DNA from: Stegostoma tigrinum
Lineage: Eukaryota
Direction of reading: 5' to 3'
NCBI RefSeq assembly: GCF_030684315.1
Contig: NC_081354.1
Coordinates: forward strand, 55,332,259 to 55,396,258
DNA length: 64,000 bases
Part shown: piece by piece, positions 1 to 13,139 of the stretch
Position numbering within the stretch: position 1 is the stretch's first letter
Layout of the letters: every line of letters starts with the position of its first letter
The notes under the pieces: model-generated
What the model was told of the DNA's origin: nothing
What the model saw: the letters and a program-made list of their open reading frames with translations, nothing else
The model's database searches: none
Program-made: the position numbers and the translations under genes

Positions 1-189
1 GGTGTTATGTCGATGTGGGACAAAGATAGGAGATTGGGACAAGGGATTAGAACTAGTGCGGCCTCAGTTGGGTTGATTGGCCTTCTTCTGCACTGTAACA
101 ATTCCGTGGCTCCAAAATAGCAAATGTAAACCTTTTTGTTCAAGAAGGAAGAAGGCAGAAAGTCTAATATCTGATGTGGGAAAGACGCT

Positions 190-960
190 AGAATCAATTG
201 CTAAGGAATTAATAGAAACATACTTAGATGATCAAAATGTTGTCAGGGATGCTAGCATGGTTTGTGGAAGGAAAACTTAGTTAACTAATCTATTAAGGAC
301 TTTTGATAAAGTAGCATTCATGTTTTATTGAGGAAACCTTATAGATGTTATGCATATTGATTTCCACATGGTATTCGATAAGGTGTCATATTAAGGGTTG
401 CTGCACAAGATAAGTGAACATGGTTTAGGTCAGGGATTTACCAAGAGTGGGTCAGGACTGAGTGGGTTGTGAGTCTTGATGCAGCAATGACTGCAGGGGA
501 ACTTTGACAAACCGTACTCCTACTCTAACAGAACTGCCACACTCATAGCACCAACTCAGTTCTCACTGAGAGCTGCAACAATTTAAGCCTCGAAATGAGG
601 TCACATTGGGAAAAAAAGGTTGGGAATCGCTGTGTAGGGAATAATATATTCACAAGGATAAAGGGTTGGTTAGCTAACAGGAAGCAGAGAGTAGGGATAA
701 ATGGGTCTTTTTTGGATTGGAAAATTGTAACAAATGGAGTGCCCCAAGTATCATTGTTGGGGCCTTAACTATTTACAATCAATATCAATGAAATGACACC
801 AAGATAGGCTGGACAGTAAATCGTCACGAGGAGGAAAATTGTCTGCAAAAGGATATAGACATCTAAAGCAAGTCAGCAAAAATTTGGCAGGTGGTATTTA
901 ACATGGGTAAATGCAAACTTCTCCACTTTAAGAATGGAGCCACGGTTTAAGAACAAATGA
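190..960 (+). mobile_element. Degraded CR1-type LINE RT fragment
   Basis: Remnants of the D(F)..(A)FDKV(P)H, GVPQ.S.LGP.LF and FN..KC motifs, with stops and indels; interrupted by an insertion at about 431-632. Confidence 0.75.
431..632. mobile_element. Putative hAT/Charlie-type MITE
   Basis: Termini cagggatttaccaa ... ttgggaatcgctg resemble CAGNGNTTCCCAA inverted repeats; it splits a CR1 fragment; imperfect 8-bp TA-centred flanking repeat (gtttaggt / gtgtaggg). Confidence 0.5.
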
Positions 961-1275
961 TCTCCTGTTTCAGTCGAATGGAACCAATTATGTTGAGAAA
1001 TTGTTGTGGAATCTTTTGACTGCAATTTGATTCAAAGTAAATCATTATATCCCATCACTAGTGCGTGATGTCATTTTAAAGACGGTAATGTTGGCTTTCA
1101 GAATAGTATTATCCTCTGTGGTAGAAATAGTGCCACCTACAATTATTTTCTCATGAGTTATGCATTAATGCTTTAAATTTTGCATCAACTAATACTGTTT
1201 GAAAGCAAAAGTGTGCTTAATGTTGAACACTTAAACTGTTAATTCTTGACAATCAGTTGTGTGTTTTTTTTTCAG

Positions 1276-1409
1276 TAATCCAGTGCTCAGCAGCTATTGA
1301 CATTTTATTGCTGATGGATGGATCCTACAGCATAGGGAAAGGAAGCTTTGAGCAGTCAAAGCACTTTGCTGCTAATCTCTGTGATATTCTTGACATTAAT
1401 CCTGACAGG
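1276..1409 (+). CDS. VWA2/AMACO-like gene, internal exon (start of VWA domain 1)
   Basis: ttttttcag acceptor and gtaaga donor; 134 bp, phase 1 to 0; translates IQCSAAIDILLLMDGSYSIGKGSFEQSKHFAANLCDILDINPDR with a DxSxS MIDAS motif; closely resembles recalled human VWA2 (CSAAVDIMFLLDGSNSVGKGSFERSKHFA). Confidence 0.93.
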
Positions 1410-1929
1410 GTAAGAGAGAATGAATGAAACAAAATTAGCTGGAAAATTGAAGTATCACATTTATTCTAAATCCCAATTGATTTGTTAAAGTACCTGATAT
1501 ATGCTTCTAAACGCAAAAAGCCATCACCTTAAATATGCTGGTGAGATCACAGCTAAAATGTTTTATCCATTAAGCTTACATAAATCTGAAACAGGCAATT
1601 ACTACGCTTTTCACTGCTGTCCCTCAAATTCAGATTTAAATTTAGCAATTGAAACACACTGTTCATTACATGTAGCACCAAGGCCTTAAACTAGATATTC
1701 CACAATCATTTGCAAGGCTTTCATTATGTCAGTGATTTCAAGCTTTCCTGGGTCTCAGTTATCTGAACTTTTTTTTTCATATCAGGTTTTAAAAACTGCT
1801 CTCTTTTGCAGCCTAACCCTCTCACCAACTGCCTCGTTGCCACCTTTTCCTACCTTGTCGCAGGTTACTCCTCCACTCCAATTCTTGTTGCACCCTCCTG
1901 TTCCTCTGGGATAGGGCTTTGGTGATACC

Positions 1930-2440
1930 CCATTGATACAGTTTCAGTGTCCTTGCTTGATGAAGCATTTAACTGAGTCGTTCAGAGAAAGTTCACCTGA
2001 CTTATTTCTGGGCTGAAAGTCTTATGAAGTAAGGCCATTGCATTTGAGGTTTAGAAAATTGGGTGATCTTATTGAATCATGTAGGGTGCCAAAGGGACTT
2101 GGTGGGGTGGCTAGGGAGATGATGTAACCTCTCCAGGGGAGACAAGAGCCTGGAGAACACAGTTTGAAAATAAGAAGTCTCCATTTTTAAGATGGAGATG
2201 AGAAATGTCTTCTCTCTGAAGGGGGTTAGTCTGTGGAAGTTGCTTCTCTAGAAAGAAGTGAAGGCAGGGCCATTGAATGTATGTAAGGCTGAGCTAGATA
2301 GATTTTGGATGGAGAAGAGAATCAAGGATTGGGGCACACAGTTAAGTGCAGCTGAGGTCATAACCAGATTAGCCATGATCTTATTGATTGTGGCAAATCA
2401 GGGTCTAAAGGCCGAATAGCCTCATCCTGCTCTGTGTTCC
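1930..2440 (+). mobile_element. CR1 LINE 3' fragment
   Basis: Remnants of the ORF2 C-terminus (GDLIE, W..L) and a 3' UTR ending ggccgaatagcctcatcctgct. Confidence 0.7.
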
Positions 2441-3296
2441 AATGAAGTCTGGTTATCACTATCTGAAAACGTGACAAGTGTCCTTTCCTGTCCTTAATAC
2501 ATCTTCAGTGTTTCACATCCAATAAATTATTCTTCAGGTTTGGTCACTACTGTTATACAGGCAAATGCAGCAGAAAATTTGCACATACTATGATCTCACA
2601 GACAGCCTGTTTGGTAATTGTGGAAATAGTATCAGTTTCTGAGAAGTTGATGAGGCAGAAATCTTCTTAACATTTCATAATTGCTTGGATATGCAATTGA
2701 ACCTGCAATATCACGAAGCTGGAATGTGGGATTGGACTGGATGGCTGCTTGTCAGACAGCACAGACCTGATGGGCCAAATATTCTACTTCTGTGATGAAA
2801 ATATCATTGTTTCGATGGAAAATCCTTTGCACTTTTTCGGATAGTGCCAAGTGATCTTGAATTGAGGCTTGAGCGACAGCATCCTTGTCAGGAAAGCTAT
2901 CACCTAAGTTAAGCTAATAAAGAGATGTTCTGAAAGATGCATTTCAGATGTATTTCATATGAATACATGGGATAACCTTTAGAGGTTTACCCTGAAGTCC
3001 CTCAATGTAAGGAGGAAATTGCTCTCGTTCAAATGAATTCAAATCAGCTTTATCTTAACATGAAGTGAGTTGCCCTGTGGCTTACTGCTCCTTAAACTTG
3101 AAATTCAGCATATGTTAATTTTACGTGCAAAAGATTACATTTGTCATATAGTTAAATTTACTTGTTACTAGGTCAACCTGTACGCAAATTATGCACTTAA
3201 ATCCCACAGCACAGTAACAATGGCTAAGGTCATGTATCTGTCTATCTTCAAGTTTCATTTTGTACCTTGCTGAAGGCATGTTTTCATCTCAAATAG

Positions 3297-3406
3297 GTTC
3301 GCATAGGAGTGATCCAGTTCAGTTCAAAACCAAAAGTAGAATTTGGGTTAGAAACCTATTCCACAAGAGAAGAAACAAAAGAAGCTATCAAAAAAATTTT
3401 CTTCAG
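3297..3406 (+). CDS. VWA2-like exon (VWA1)
   Basis: aaatag acceptor; VRIGVIQFSSKPKVEFGLETYSTREETKEAIKKIFF(R); 110 bp; ends at a non-canonical AG|gcaagt donor, which is the only nearby donor that keeps the frame. Confidence 0.9.
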
Positions 3407-3559
3407 GCAAGTATGGTCACTGCATACGTAGTAGGAAATAGCACAATTTTACCTGGGCAGCATTCCTGGAGGATAGAACCATAACTTTATACTGAACTCC
3501 AAATTTCAACAGCTATCTTAAAGAGTAAACCTGTCATTTTCCCTTAATATTTTGTATAG

Positions 3560-3751
3560 GGGTGGTGGCACAGAGATTGGTACAGCAATAAAGTACGTGC
3601 TACATAAAGGGTTTCATGGAGGGCGGCAAGATGTCCTGAAGGTCATTGTAATTCTCACGGATGGTAAATCACAAGACAATGCAACAGTGCCTTTGAGGTT
3701 TGCTAAGAACAGTGGAATGACAATATTTGCCGTGGGAGTCAAACATCCAGG
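3560..3751 (+). CDS. VWA2-like exon (VWA1)
   Basis: gtatag acceptor, gtaaga donor; GGGTEIGTAIKYVLHKGFHGGRQDVLKVIVILTDGKSQDNATVPLRFAKNSGMTIFAVGVKHP, containing the MIDAS Thr and LTDG motifs. Confidence 0.93.
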
Positions 3752-3846
3752 GTAAGAATAATTGTGCTGAGAGAATGATGTGATATTTTGTGTGGACAAC
3801 ATTTGCCATGTGGTTCTTCACTAGCTGCTTTTGGTGTCTTCTGTAG

Positions 3847-3980
3847 GTGGAAAGAATTGGCTAGTTTAGCCAGTGTTCCCAGTGAGATGCATATGTTCTA
3901 TGCAGCACACTATAATGATGCTGTTAATGGTTTGTACACTACACTGACACAGTCTGCAGTCTGCTCTGATGTACACCCAG
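3847..3980 (+). CDS. VWA2-like exon (end of VWA1)
   Basis: ctgtag acceptor, gtgggt donor; WKELASLASVPSEMHMFYAAHYNDAVNGLYTTLTQSAVCSDVHP; phases fit both neighbouring exons. Confidence 0.92.
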
Positions 3981-4369
3981 GTGGGTAACACTGCTTTTAA
4001 TTTTCTTTCTGATACAATGCAGTAAATTTCTACAGGTGCTTGACATGTTCAGGGATATTACAGGTTAATTTCCAAACTTTGCACACGCATTGAATACCTG
4101 GGTGTGCGCATTTTTGATCTTCCCCTAGTTAAAATCTTCATTGTGCTGTCAGATTTCCAAAAGGACAGACCACCAGGTATTCCTTGTGGAGAGGAAACTC
4201 TGCCTTCACCTAGGGGATACTTTCTGTTGTTCATTTTAGCACTATCAATGTTCTGAATGGTGTGGATTATGAAGCGATCCGTCAACACAAGATTGGGCCT
4301 CCATGGAGTGTAGTGAATCATCAGCAGCAAAATTGTATCCAACCTCAATAAATACACAAAAAGCAGGAG

Positions 4370-5060
4370 AGTTTCAACCAGTCAATTACTGCCTGATCAT
4401 TTCAACCTCCTCCATCAGTAAAGTAATGGAAGGTGTCATCAACAGTGCTATCAAGTTACATTTCCTTATCAATAACTTGCTCATTGATGCTCAGTTTGGG
4501 TTCTAACAGGGCCCCTGACCACATTGCTGCCTTGGTTCAAATATGGCCAAAAGAACTGACTTCTAGAGGTGAGGAAAGAGAGCGATTACCCTTGACATCA
4601 AGGCTTCATTTGACCAAGTGTGGCATCAAGGAGCCCTAGGAAAATGGGAATCAATGGGCATCAGTGGGAAAACTCTCCAGTGGTTGGATTATATCTGGTA
4701 CAAAGAAAAATGGTTGTGGTCATTTAGTGCTTGTCAGCTTAGCTCCAGGACATCTCTTCAGACATTCCACAGAATAATGTCCTAAGCCCAACCATTTTCT
4801 GCTGCTTCATCAATGACCTTTTCTCCATCATAAGGTTAGAAATAGGGACGTTTGCTAATGGTTACACAATGTTCAGCACTATTTGCGACTCCTGAGATAC
4901 TGAAGCAGTCCATGTCTAAATGCGACATGATCTGGACTATAGCCAGGTTTGGGCTGTCATTTGGCATGTAACATTCTTGTCAGAAAAGTGCCAGACGATG
5001 ACCACCTCCAGCAAAAGATAATCTAATAATTGTCCTCTGATGTATATCCAGCACTGAAAC
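4370..5060 (+). mobile_element. Degraded LINE RT fragment (CR1/L2 clade, second family)
   Basis: NY..I...SISKVMEGVIN, DAQFGF, LDIK..FD.VWH remnants; same family as 43750-44240 and 45283-47230. Confidence 0.75.
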
Positions 5061-5784
5061 CCATTTGTCGATAACCCCCTCTCCCTGTATCCTTCATCTC
5101 TTACCTACTCGCTGCTGGTTCCCCTCTGAATTAGGTTTCGGCTAATAGCCCTTACAACCCGGGGTGAAATATTTGCCTATATGCTGTCTAATCACTCTTA
5201 ATGAGCTGAATGACGAGTGATCCAGTGAGTTAACTCACACCATGTGTTAGCCATCACCAAATATCTTGTTCCAACACTTAGAACAAGAGAGGAAAATATT
5301 GACCATATACTGTTGCCAACATTCAGATTCTTGATTCATTACAATCAAAGGTTTCAGAGAAGAACTATGCAAAATGGCCAGATCAATTTCAATACCTTTT
5401 CCTCCAATTGGAAATTAAGTTTAGCTTAGTGACTCTCACATCCAAACATTAAAAAATACGATTGATTTTAGCACTAAGTTTGCAGATACTTTCTGGTTTT
5501 AAATTTTTTTGGGAGATTTGGTGCAGGACCGCATGAAGCTGGTAATTAAAGCAGTGGTGCTGGAATCCGATGACTTGTGGGAGGTGGACAGAATGGGATT
5601 GCTGGAATGGAGCCTGGATATTGGACGGAGCCAGAAAATTTGATCTTTTCAATTTCTATCTGTTTATTCTATTTTGGATGAAAAATCCTGTGCCACTGAA
5701 TTATCTTTCAATACTTGTCTTTAAAATGCACAGCCAAATTTAGAAACATTTAGTTCAGTCACATTTGGTTCTCTGATTTTGCAG

Positions 5785-5929
5785 CCTGCAAGGTGGTATC
5801 ACAGTTTTGCAAGAGAACAACAGTCAATGCTGAGAAGAAATACCTTGGAAGTCATATTTGCTGGAAAGGCAAAATTGACAGCCTAAAAGGACATGGAAAA
5901 CCTCTGACTACCTTCTGTCCTTTCTACAC
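5785..5929 (+). CDS. VWA2-like exon (cysteine-rich linker)
   Basis: ttttgcag acceptor, gtcagt donor; CKVVSQFCKRTTVNAEKKYLGSHICWKG...TFCPFY matches the Cys spacing of the VWA2 Cys-rich region (C..PC..CW.G..CPFY). Confidence 0.88.
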
Positions 5930-6174
5930 GTCAGTTTGCTCAACTCTTTATAACAACAGATGCTTTCAAGAGTGTGACCATTTCAGCGGAAAGTGATTTA
6001 ATCAACAATCATCCTGCTAACCCATTAACAGGACAGCTGATGGAAGGGATGTGGCCAGGAATCAAAGCACAGAGATGTTTACAATGACCTGGGAGTAGAT
6101 ATTTATTTCCATAGGGAATGGGTGTACACAAAAGGCAAGAGTATATTGGCACCACGAACCCAAACTCATTTAAT

Positions 6175-7955
6175 TTACTCATATGTGAGGAATAAGAAAA
6201 TGATCAGGGAGAAGGTAGGGCTGATCAGGGATAGCATAGGGAACTTGTGTGTGGAGTCTGAGCAGATAGGGGAAGCCCTAAATGAGTTTTTTGCTTCGGT
6301 TTTCACTAAGGAAAGGGACCTTGTTGTGAATGAGAACTTTGAGGAGCAGGAAATCAGGCTTGAACAGATCAAGATTGAGGAAGTTGATGTGCTGGAAATT
6401 TTGGCAAACATTAAGATTGATAAGTCCCCAGGGCCAGACCAGATTTATCCTAGGTTGCTCCGGGAAGCGAGAAAGGGTGTTGCTAAGCTGCTGGCGAAGA
6501 TCTTTGCTTCCTCACTCTCCACGGGAGTCGTACCGGAAGATTGGGGGGAGGCAAATGTTGTTCCTCTTTTCAAGAAAGGGAATAGGGAAATCCCTGGAAA
6601 TTACAGACCAGTCAGTCTTACGTCTGTGGTCAGCAAGGTTTTGGAAAGAATTCTGAGGGATAGGATTTATGACTATTTTGAAAAGCATAGCGCGAGTCAT
6701 GCCTTACAAATCTTATTGAGTTCTTTGAGGAAGTCACGAGACAGGTTGACGAGGGTCGAGCAGTGGATGTGGTGTACATGGACTTCAGCAAGGCATTTGA
6801 TAAGGTTCCCCACAGCAGGATCATTCATGAAGTCAGGAGGTATGGGATACAGGGTGATTTGGCTGTCTGGATTCCGAATTGGTTGGCTGACAGGAGGCAG
6901 AGAGTGGTTGTAGATGGTAAGTATTCTGCCTGGAGGTCAGTGCTGAGTGGTGTTCGGCAGGGCTCTGTTCTTGGGCCTCTGCTCTTTGTAGTTTTTATAA
7001 ATGACTTGGATGAGGAGGTTGAGGGGTGGGTTAGTATGTTTGCTGATGACACAAAGGTTGGAGGTGCCGTTGATAGTATCGAGGGCTATTGCAGGCTTCA
7101 GCGAGACATTGACAGAATGCAGAGCTGAGCTGAGAAATGGCAGATGGAGTTCAACCTGGATAAATGCGAAGTGATGCATTTTGGAAGGTTGAACTTAAAT
7201 GCTGAATATAGGATTAAAGGCAGGATTCTCGGCAGTGTGGAGGAACAGTGGGATCTTGGTGTTCAAGTGCATAGCTCCCTCAAAGTTGCCACCCCGGTGG
7301 ATAAGATTGTTAAGAAAGCATATGGTGTTTTGGCTTTCATTAACAGGGGGATCGAGTTTAAGAGCTGCGAGGTTATGCTGCAGCTCTACAAAACCCTGGT
7401 GAGACCACACGTGGAATATTGTGTCCAGTTCTGGTCGCCCTATTATAGGAAAGATGTGGAGGCTTTGGAGAGGGTGCAAAGGGGGTTTACCAGGATGCTA
7501 CCTGGACTGGAGGGCTTGTCTTACGAGGAGAGGTTGACTGAGCTCGGACTTTTCTCTTTGGAGAGAAGGAGGAAGAGAGGTGACCTGATCGAGGTGTACA
7601 AGGTAATAAGAGGCATGGATAGAGTCGATAGCCAGAGACTTTTCCCCAGGGCAGGATTGACTGCCACGAGGGGTCATAGTTTTAACGTGTTAGGAGGAAG
7701 GTACAGTGGAGACGTCAGAGGGAGGTTCTTCACCCAGAGAGTTGTGAGCGCATGGAATAGTTTGCCAGTGATAGTCGTGGAAGCGGAGTCATTAGTGACA
7801 TTTAAGCGACTGCTGGACATGCACATGGACGGCAGTGAATTGAGGGGAATGTAGGTTAGGTTATTTTATTTTTGGATTAGGATTATTCCACGGCACAACA
7901 TTCGTGGGCCAAATGGCCTGTACTGTGCTGTACTTTTCTATATTCTATGTTCTAA
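6175..7955 (+). mobile_element. 5'-truncated young CR1 (HER1-like) LINE, RT and C-terminal region
   Basis: ORFs 6122..6913, 6763..7128 and 7144..7854 carry KSPGPD, NYRPVSLTS, DFSKAFDKVPH and FADDTK; one deletion/frameshift near 6690 and one stop at 7126; ends in a tattctatgttcta tail. Confidence 0.95.
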
Positions 7956-9445
7956 ATTTTAGAAATGGCTTCCCAAACATCTTGATGTAAGCTGCAGGCT
8001 GGATTAGAAGGTTAGGCAGCTGACCTGGGAAGACCTGAAGAGGATGTGGATGTTATGCCCAAAGCTTAAAAATGGAGATTAAAATAAAATATCTTTCCTG
8101 TCCTGAAACCTCACACCCCTTATTTCCAATGCTATCTATCCACATGTCCTCCATACCTTCCTTACCAACCTATATTCCTGTACTGACCCCCAGTTCCTAT
8201 GTCAACTAGGTGCCAAACCTTGCCAAGCCACAATTCCAGTTACAATCCTTTGCCCTTCGCCAATCCTGCCAATTCACCTAGTGTCCCTCAGAGGTAGATC
8301 TCAGGGCCTGTGCACAGATAGGAAGAAATAACATTCTAATGAATTAGGTGTATTGCAAATACACGATAAATTGCAAAGAACTCATTCACTCATAGAAACA
8401 TTTCCACTGCATTGAAAATCCTTCACTTTAAAAATGCCTTTATGAAAATAAACATTTAATGCAAGTGGAACAAACATTGCAAATTACAGTCCACACCAAG
8501 GAGCATAAAATCACTTGTAGCTGTCAATTGAACTTTGAAGTGGGAGACACTAAACAGTGATACCTGCTCCTTGTGAGATCAGCCAGACTGCACCAATTTA
8601 GTAATACAGATCATCAGGCTAGAGCCAATACATCAAAAGAGAAAGCTACTTTTCTTCACACTCCTCATTTTTTTTCAAATATTAAGTGGTGTGAAGTTTT
8701 AAAAGCATTGACAGTTTAAGCAGATAGCTTTGACAGTGCCAATGAGTTAATGTACTTCTTGTGTACAGACATGCCTACATTTAACAATCCTGAAGGAAAC
8801 CTGACTTCTCTTAAAGGGTTAATTATCTTCACCAAAGGACAGATTATCTCCCCTCAAAGGCATGCCAGGACCAGATCAAAAGAGGTAACTTACCTCTTTG
8901 TAAAGGTATGTTCACTTTCCAAATGAATCCGTGAGATTTAGACTTGTTGTTACTTTGTCTAATCTGCACTGTTGAGGTTTCTTATAGTTCACCAAACTCA
9001 AGCAGAAAAACGAAGCAGTTGATGATTTAAACAGTCAGTTGCCTCCGTTAACTATAGATGCACAAGCCCAAACCAAATCCTTCGAAAGTGAGAATTACTG
9101 TGTTATTGGGTAAAACTTAGGATTTCTGATAATTTCTGCTATTTTCGCCATGTTGGAGAGTTTCCCTGATGTTGTGAAAATCTGGTCCTTAATGTCAGTT
9201 CTGTAAGGTATAAGTTCTAAAATAATGTGGTTGAGAATTCAGTTTTACTCCACAACAGTCAAATTTTAGCTGACTGATTTTTTTAAAAATAAATACCAAT
9301 TTGGAACAGGAATGCTATCATGATGAAGAGATATACACATAAACTACTTTGTAAAGACTAATACACTGTGGAGGTTTTTCTCTTAGAGATCACTGAGAAA
9401 TGTAGCTGCTCAATATTAATATGGATTTTTTTTCAATTCATGTAG

Positions 9446-9501
9446 CTGGAAAAGGACATACAGTCAGATTCGAACTCGCTGTGCCCGCACCCTGTGCCCA
9501 G
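9446..9501 (+). CDS. VWA2-like exon (cysteine-rich linker, 56 bp)
   Basis: tgtag acceptor, gtaaat donor; WKRTYSQIRTRCARTLCP resembles VWA2 WKRVF...CYRTTCP; phase 2 to 1 fits. Confidence 0.88.
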
Positions 9502-11013
9502 GTAAATAGCAATGTCTGGAATTTCTACACGATTTTTCCAAACTTCAGCCAAAGTTAAATCAGAAAATTATCGAACCTGTGTGGAAGTATGACCTTAACT
9601 AATATGAGCATTGTGTTCTGTCATTGTTTTGTATGTTTTCATTACTTTTACCTCCTGCCTTTTTATGTTACTTATGAGAGAACACATTTTATTGCATAAG
9701 ATGTTGCAATGCCTGATTAAATGGTACACAAATATGTCTGGAACAACCCGTTATCTGCTTTACCTTCATTTCTCAGGGAAGTGACTTGTATCAGCTTGAG
9801 TCCTGGGGTTCCATTATTCTAGGTTGCAGACTCCATGCATAGCCCCATTACCTTAACCCTCGGCTATGAGGTTGAGGGAGTCCGGTTAATATGGTTCACG
9901 GGCTGAAGGTGGGAATTCTGCTCGTCAAGAACCTCTGGAGACCAGTTGGCCAGGTGGAGGTCACCTGAGCAGGTGCTTAGGGACAGGGGCATATGGGATT
10001 TGGTCAGAATTTGGGAATGTGGCTGGGTGCAAAGCTGGCAGCGGGCTAAGGAGTACAGTGGGGCTCGAGAGGCAATGGCAGGAGGTCAGCCTCAAGAGGA
10101 ATCACCTGGATGGGTGGCGGAGGGCTCCTGATGTGCTCATTGGGCCTTGGAGGATGGGGCCTACCTACTGCCTACCTCCGGTGTGGAGAAATCTGCCAGG
10201 CTGACAACATGGCATGTGCCTCTGGTTAAAACACAGAGGATATAAATTGAGGAATTTAACACAAGCCATTAAATGCCCACATAAGGGCTTGACTTGGCTG
10301 GTTGGTGGATGGACTATTCATTGTCAACTCTGATAAAACTGGGTGAGACAGATGGATGGTGGTTAGTGGGCAGACCACACATTGGTTATAACTGAGCCTC
10401 CTGCTTTGAAACTCACCAGTGGATGAGCATAAAACGCAGCCATTTGTTACAGCAACTCAATTTGAATGAGAATGAGGTATTTTTCACTTGATTATGGTGA
10501 GATTAACAAAATATATTGGAGGGAAGGAAATGCTTGGAACAGTATTCATTAGAATGTGTGAATGTCAACAATGGCCTGTTTAATCATCTGCTCCTGGTTA
10601 TGTCTGCTGAAGTACCTTCAAGAGAAGCTTAACAGAAGCTGTAGCGAAAACAGTATCAGTGGACAAGAATCCTCAGACTGCCCGTGTGCTTTCAGACCAG
10701 TGGATACCAGAAACAGAATACTTACACTTTGCTGGGGAAAACGTGAGATATTGGGCAGCACAAAGAAAAGCGGTCTGTTCAGTGACAAGAAAACATTTTA
10801 TGCAAAAGGAAAAATATTGCAGATGGTAGAAATTTGACACCTAAAAAGTTCCAGTTTTATTTTATAAATTCTTTTATTTTGAATAAATCAAGGATTTGAT
10901 ACATGTTTGAATATACCAAAATGTTTGCATTTTTATTGTGTTAATGCTAAACCATCCTTATCTCTTCATATACTAACACAAATATGAAATGTATTTTCTG
11001 TATATTGTTACAG

Positions 11014-11121
11014 ATCCCTGTGATTCAGCTCCATGTCATAACGGAGGCACGTGTGTTTCAGAGACCGTGGATGAGTACAGCTGTTTGTGTCCCCTCGGTT
11101 ATGGGGGGGACAAACACTGTA
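11014..11121 (+). CDS. VWA2-like exon (EGF-like domain)
   Basis: ttacag acceptor, gtgagt donor; 108 bp phase 1-1 exon; DPCDSAPCHNGGTCVSETVDEYSCLCPLGYGGDKHC, a six-Cys EGF module. Confidence 0.93.
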
Positions 11122-11710
11122 GTGAGTACCTTTTATAAGATATTGAATTAAAATCCTTATTTTCAATTATGTGACTTGTTTTCATATAAAATGCAAAAGC
11201 AGATAACTCCAGGAAAGTGAACGGTTTGAAATGGGATAATGGGATATGTTTCAGGGGAGAAATCGGATTGAAGGATTAAATGAAAGAATTGGTAGACCTC
11301 AAGAATCTGACCTCAAGACTAATGACAAGCATCTGTGATACTTTTTCAAAAATTCCTTTCCTAAAAATTCTTACTTCTCAGTCTGAAACTGATTCTGCAA
11401 TTTCAAACATTTTGTGCAGAATTTTAGTTTGACCAAAGGTTCAGGCTTGGGCCAGGGGTGATGAAAGCTGTGCTCCTGGGTCAGAAAGCTGAAGGGCTCC
11501 CAACCATCACGTCCACAATTAGTCACAGTGAGTTGAAAAGTAGATGGGAAATTAATGTGGAGCCACTGGGTAAATAATTTACAGATTTAAACAGGCAATT
11601 CCTTTGGAATTAAACCTAAGATTGTGTCTTCAGCAGTCAGAGAACAGGTTCCCCAAACTTTGCGGAATTTGCCAAGGGAGAACACAATGGGCAGCATTGT
11701 TTATTAACTT

Positions 11711-11850
11711 CAGTGATAATGGGAACTGCACATGCTGGAGAATCCAAGATAATAAAATGTGGGGCTGGATGAACACAGCAGGCCCAGCAGCATCTCAGGA
11801 GCACAAAAGCTGACGTTTCGGGCCTAGACCCTTCATCAGAGAGTTTATTA
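11711..11850 (-). mobile_element. Penelope-derived short element, single arm plus tail, with hammerhead core
   Basis: Near-identical to the arms at 25664 and 47268; - strand CTGATGA-agggtctaggccc-GAAAC-GTC at 11812-11839; flanked by an attgtttatta direct repeat. Confidence 0.85.
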
Positions 11851-13139
11851 TTGTTTATTAGCTTCTCAGGTTTTGAGTAACAACATTTCATTGCTAGTGG
11901 GCTAGGCTTGGGCTCACTGCTCTTGGTTTGAGGTTGTGGTTTTGTTGCTTCACAGTGATTTACAACCTTCTGAAAGCAACTCTTCCTCCTTTGATCCACA
12001 ATTTGCCTCCTCCAGAGCTCAGTGCTGTGGAACAGCTGCTTACACAGTGTTCCATCTCACACCTCAAACACGGGACCACATGAGCAGCACCAGTTGCCTT
12101 AGCTTAAGCCACATGCTGCCGCACAGTACAAAGCGCGTAGACACGGAGATCTCTCACAAATACTAGTGTCAATTCTGCCATATGTTGTCCATTCCTTTGG
12201 GCTAGATCATTTGGATAGAGTTGAAAACTTCAGTTTTTTATAACAGGAGAATGGGGTTGAGAAACGTATCAGTCAAGATTGAATGGTGGAGCAGAATGGT
12301 TTATTTCTGCTCATATATCTTATGGTCTTGATGGACAGAAATTTGGAAGTTTCTTTGGCATGGATTTTTGCCTATCATTCTTTATCAGTTATTTGTTAAT
12401 TGACAACATATTGATTTCGTTTTAAAAGCTGAAATTCTGACAGAATGTTAAAAATGTGCCAATCCATGTTCAGGTACTTGATTTCCCTTTGTTGGTTGTT
12501 TTATGCTGTCTGAAGTGCCAGTCTAAGAATCTATATAGCAATGTAGTGCCTTTCTATGTTTGCATCGACTCCACTAGTCCTATTAAAAATTACTGGCTTG
12601 TAGTAACAGACGTTTGCCTGTTGGTGGCAGTCGTACCCATAAAAAGGGAATAATGACCGCCTTGTTTTCAAAAAATGTTTTGGGGAAAAGAGACCGGTGG
12701 AATCAACCGATGTGTGAACACAGGTGCAGATTGGTTTGTATTATTTGTGTGTTTCTATAAATACTCTTTCGAGGAGCAATTTTATTTTCTGTCATTCAGC
12801 ACTTTTAACCACTGTTTACTTTAAATTGGATCAACAAAAGCCTCTTGTTTGTTTTTGTTTCAAAGAGTTACCAGTGGTAGCGTGCTCACTGTGCTTCAGT
12901 ACATAATGTAGCGCTGTATTTCAGGCGCAGTTATAACTACAGCTCGAAACTCACACAGATTGATGGATGACTGTTAGAAAATGAACAGTCACATTTCTGT
13001 CATCTCTCAGCCTTTCGCATCTACTTACTGTCAGCTTTTAGTGCCCACTTGCTACCAACATAGTGTTTATTGTTTCAGATATGTAAGTACACATAATACG
13101 TACCACAGATAGTCAGTTAGCTTCTGTTGAGTTAGATAT

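Noticed and set aside
9900-10440. GC-richer block possibly an old Harbinger-like MITE
   Set aside because: Only a 5-bp terminal match (ggctg/cagcc) and no clear TSD; cannot be supported without a library search
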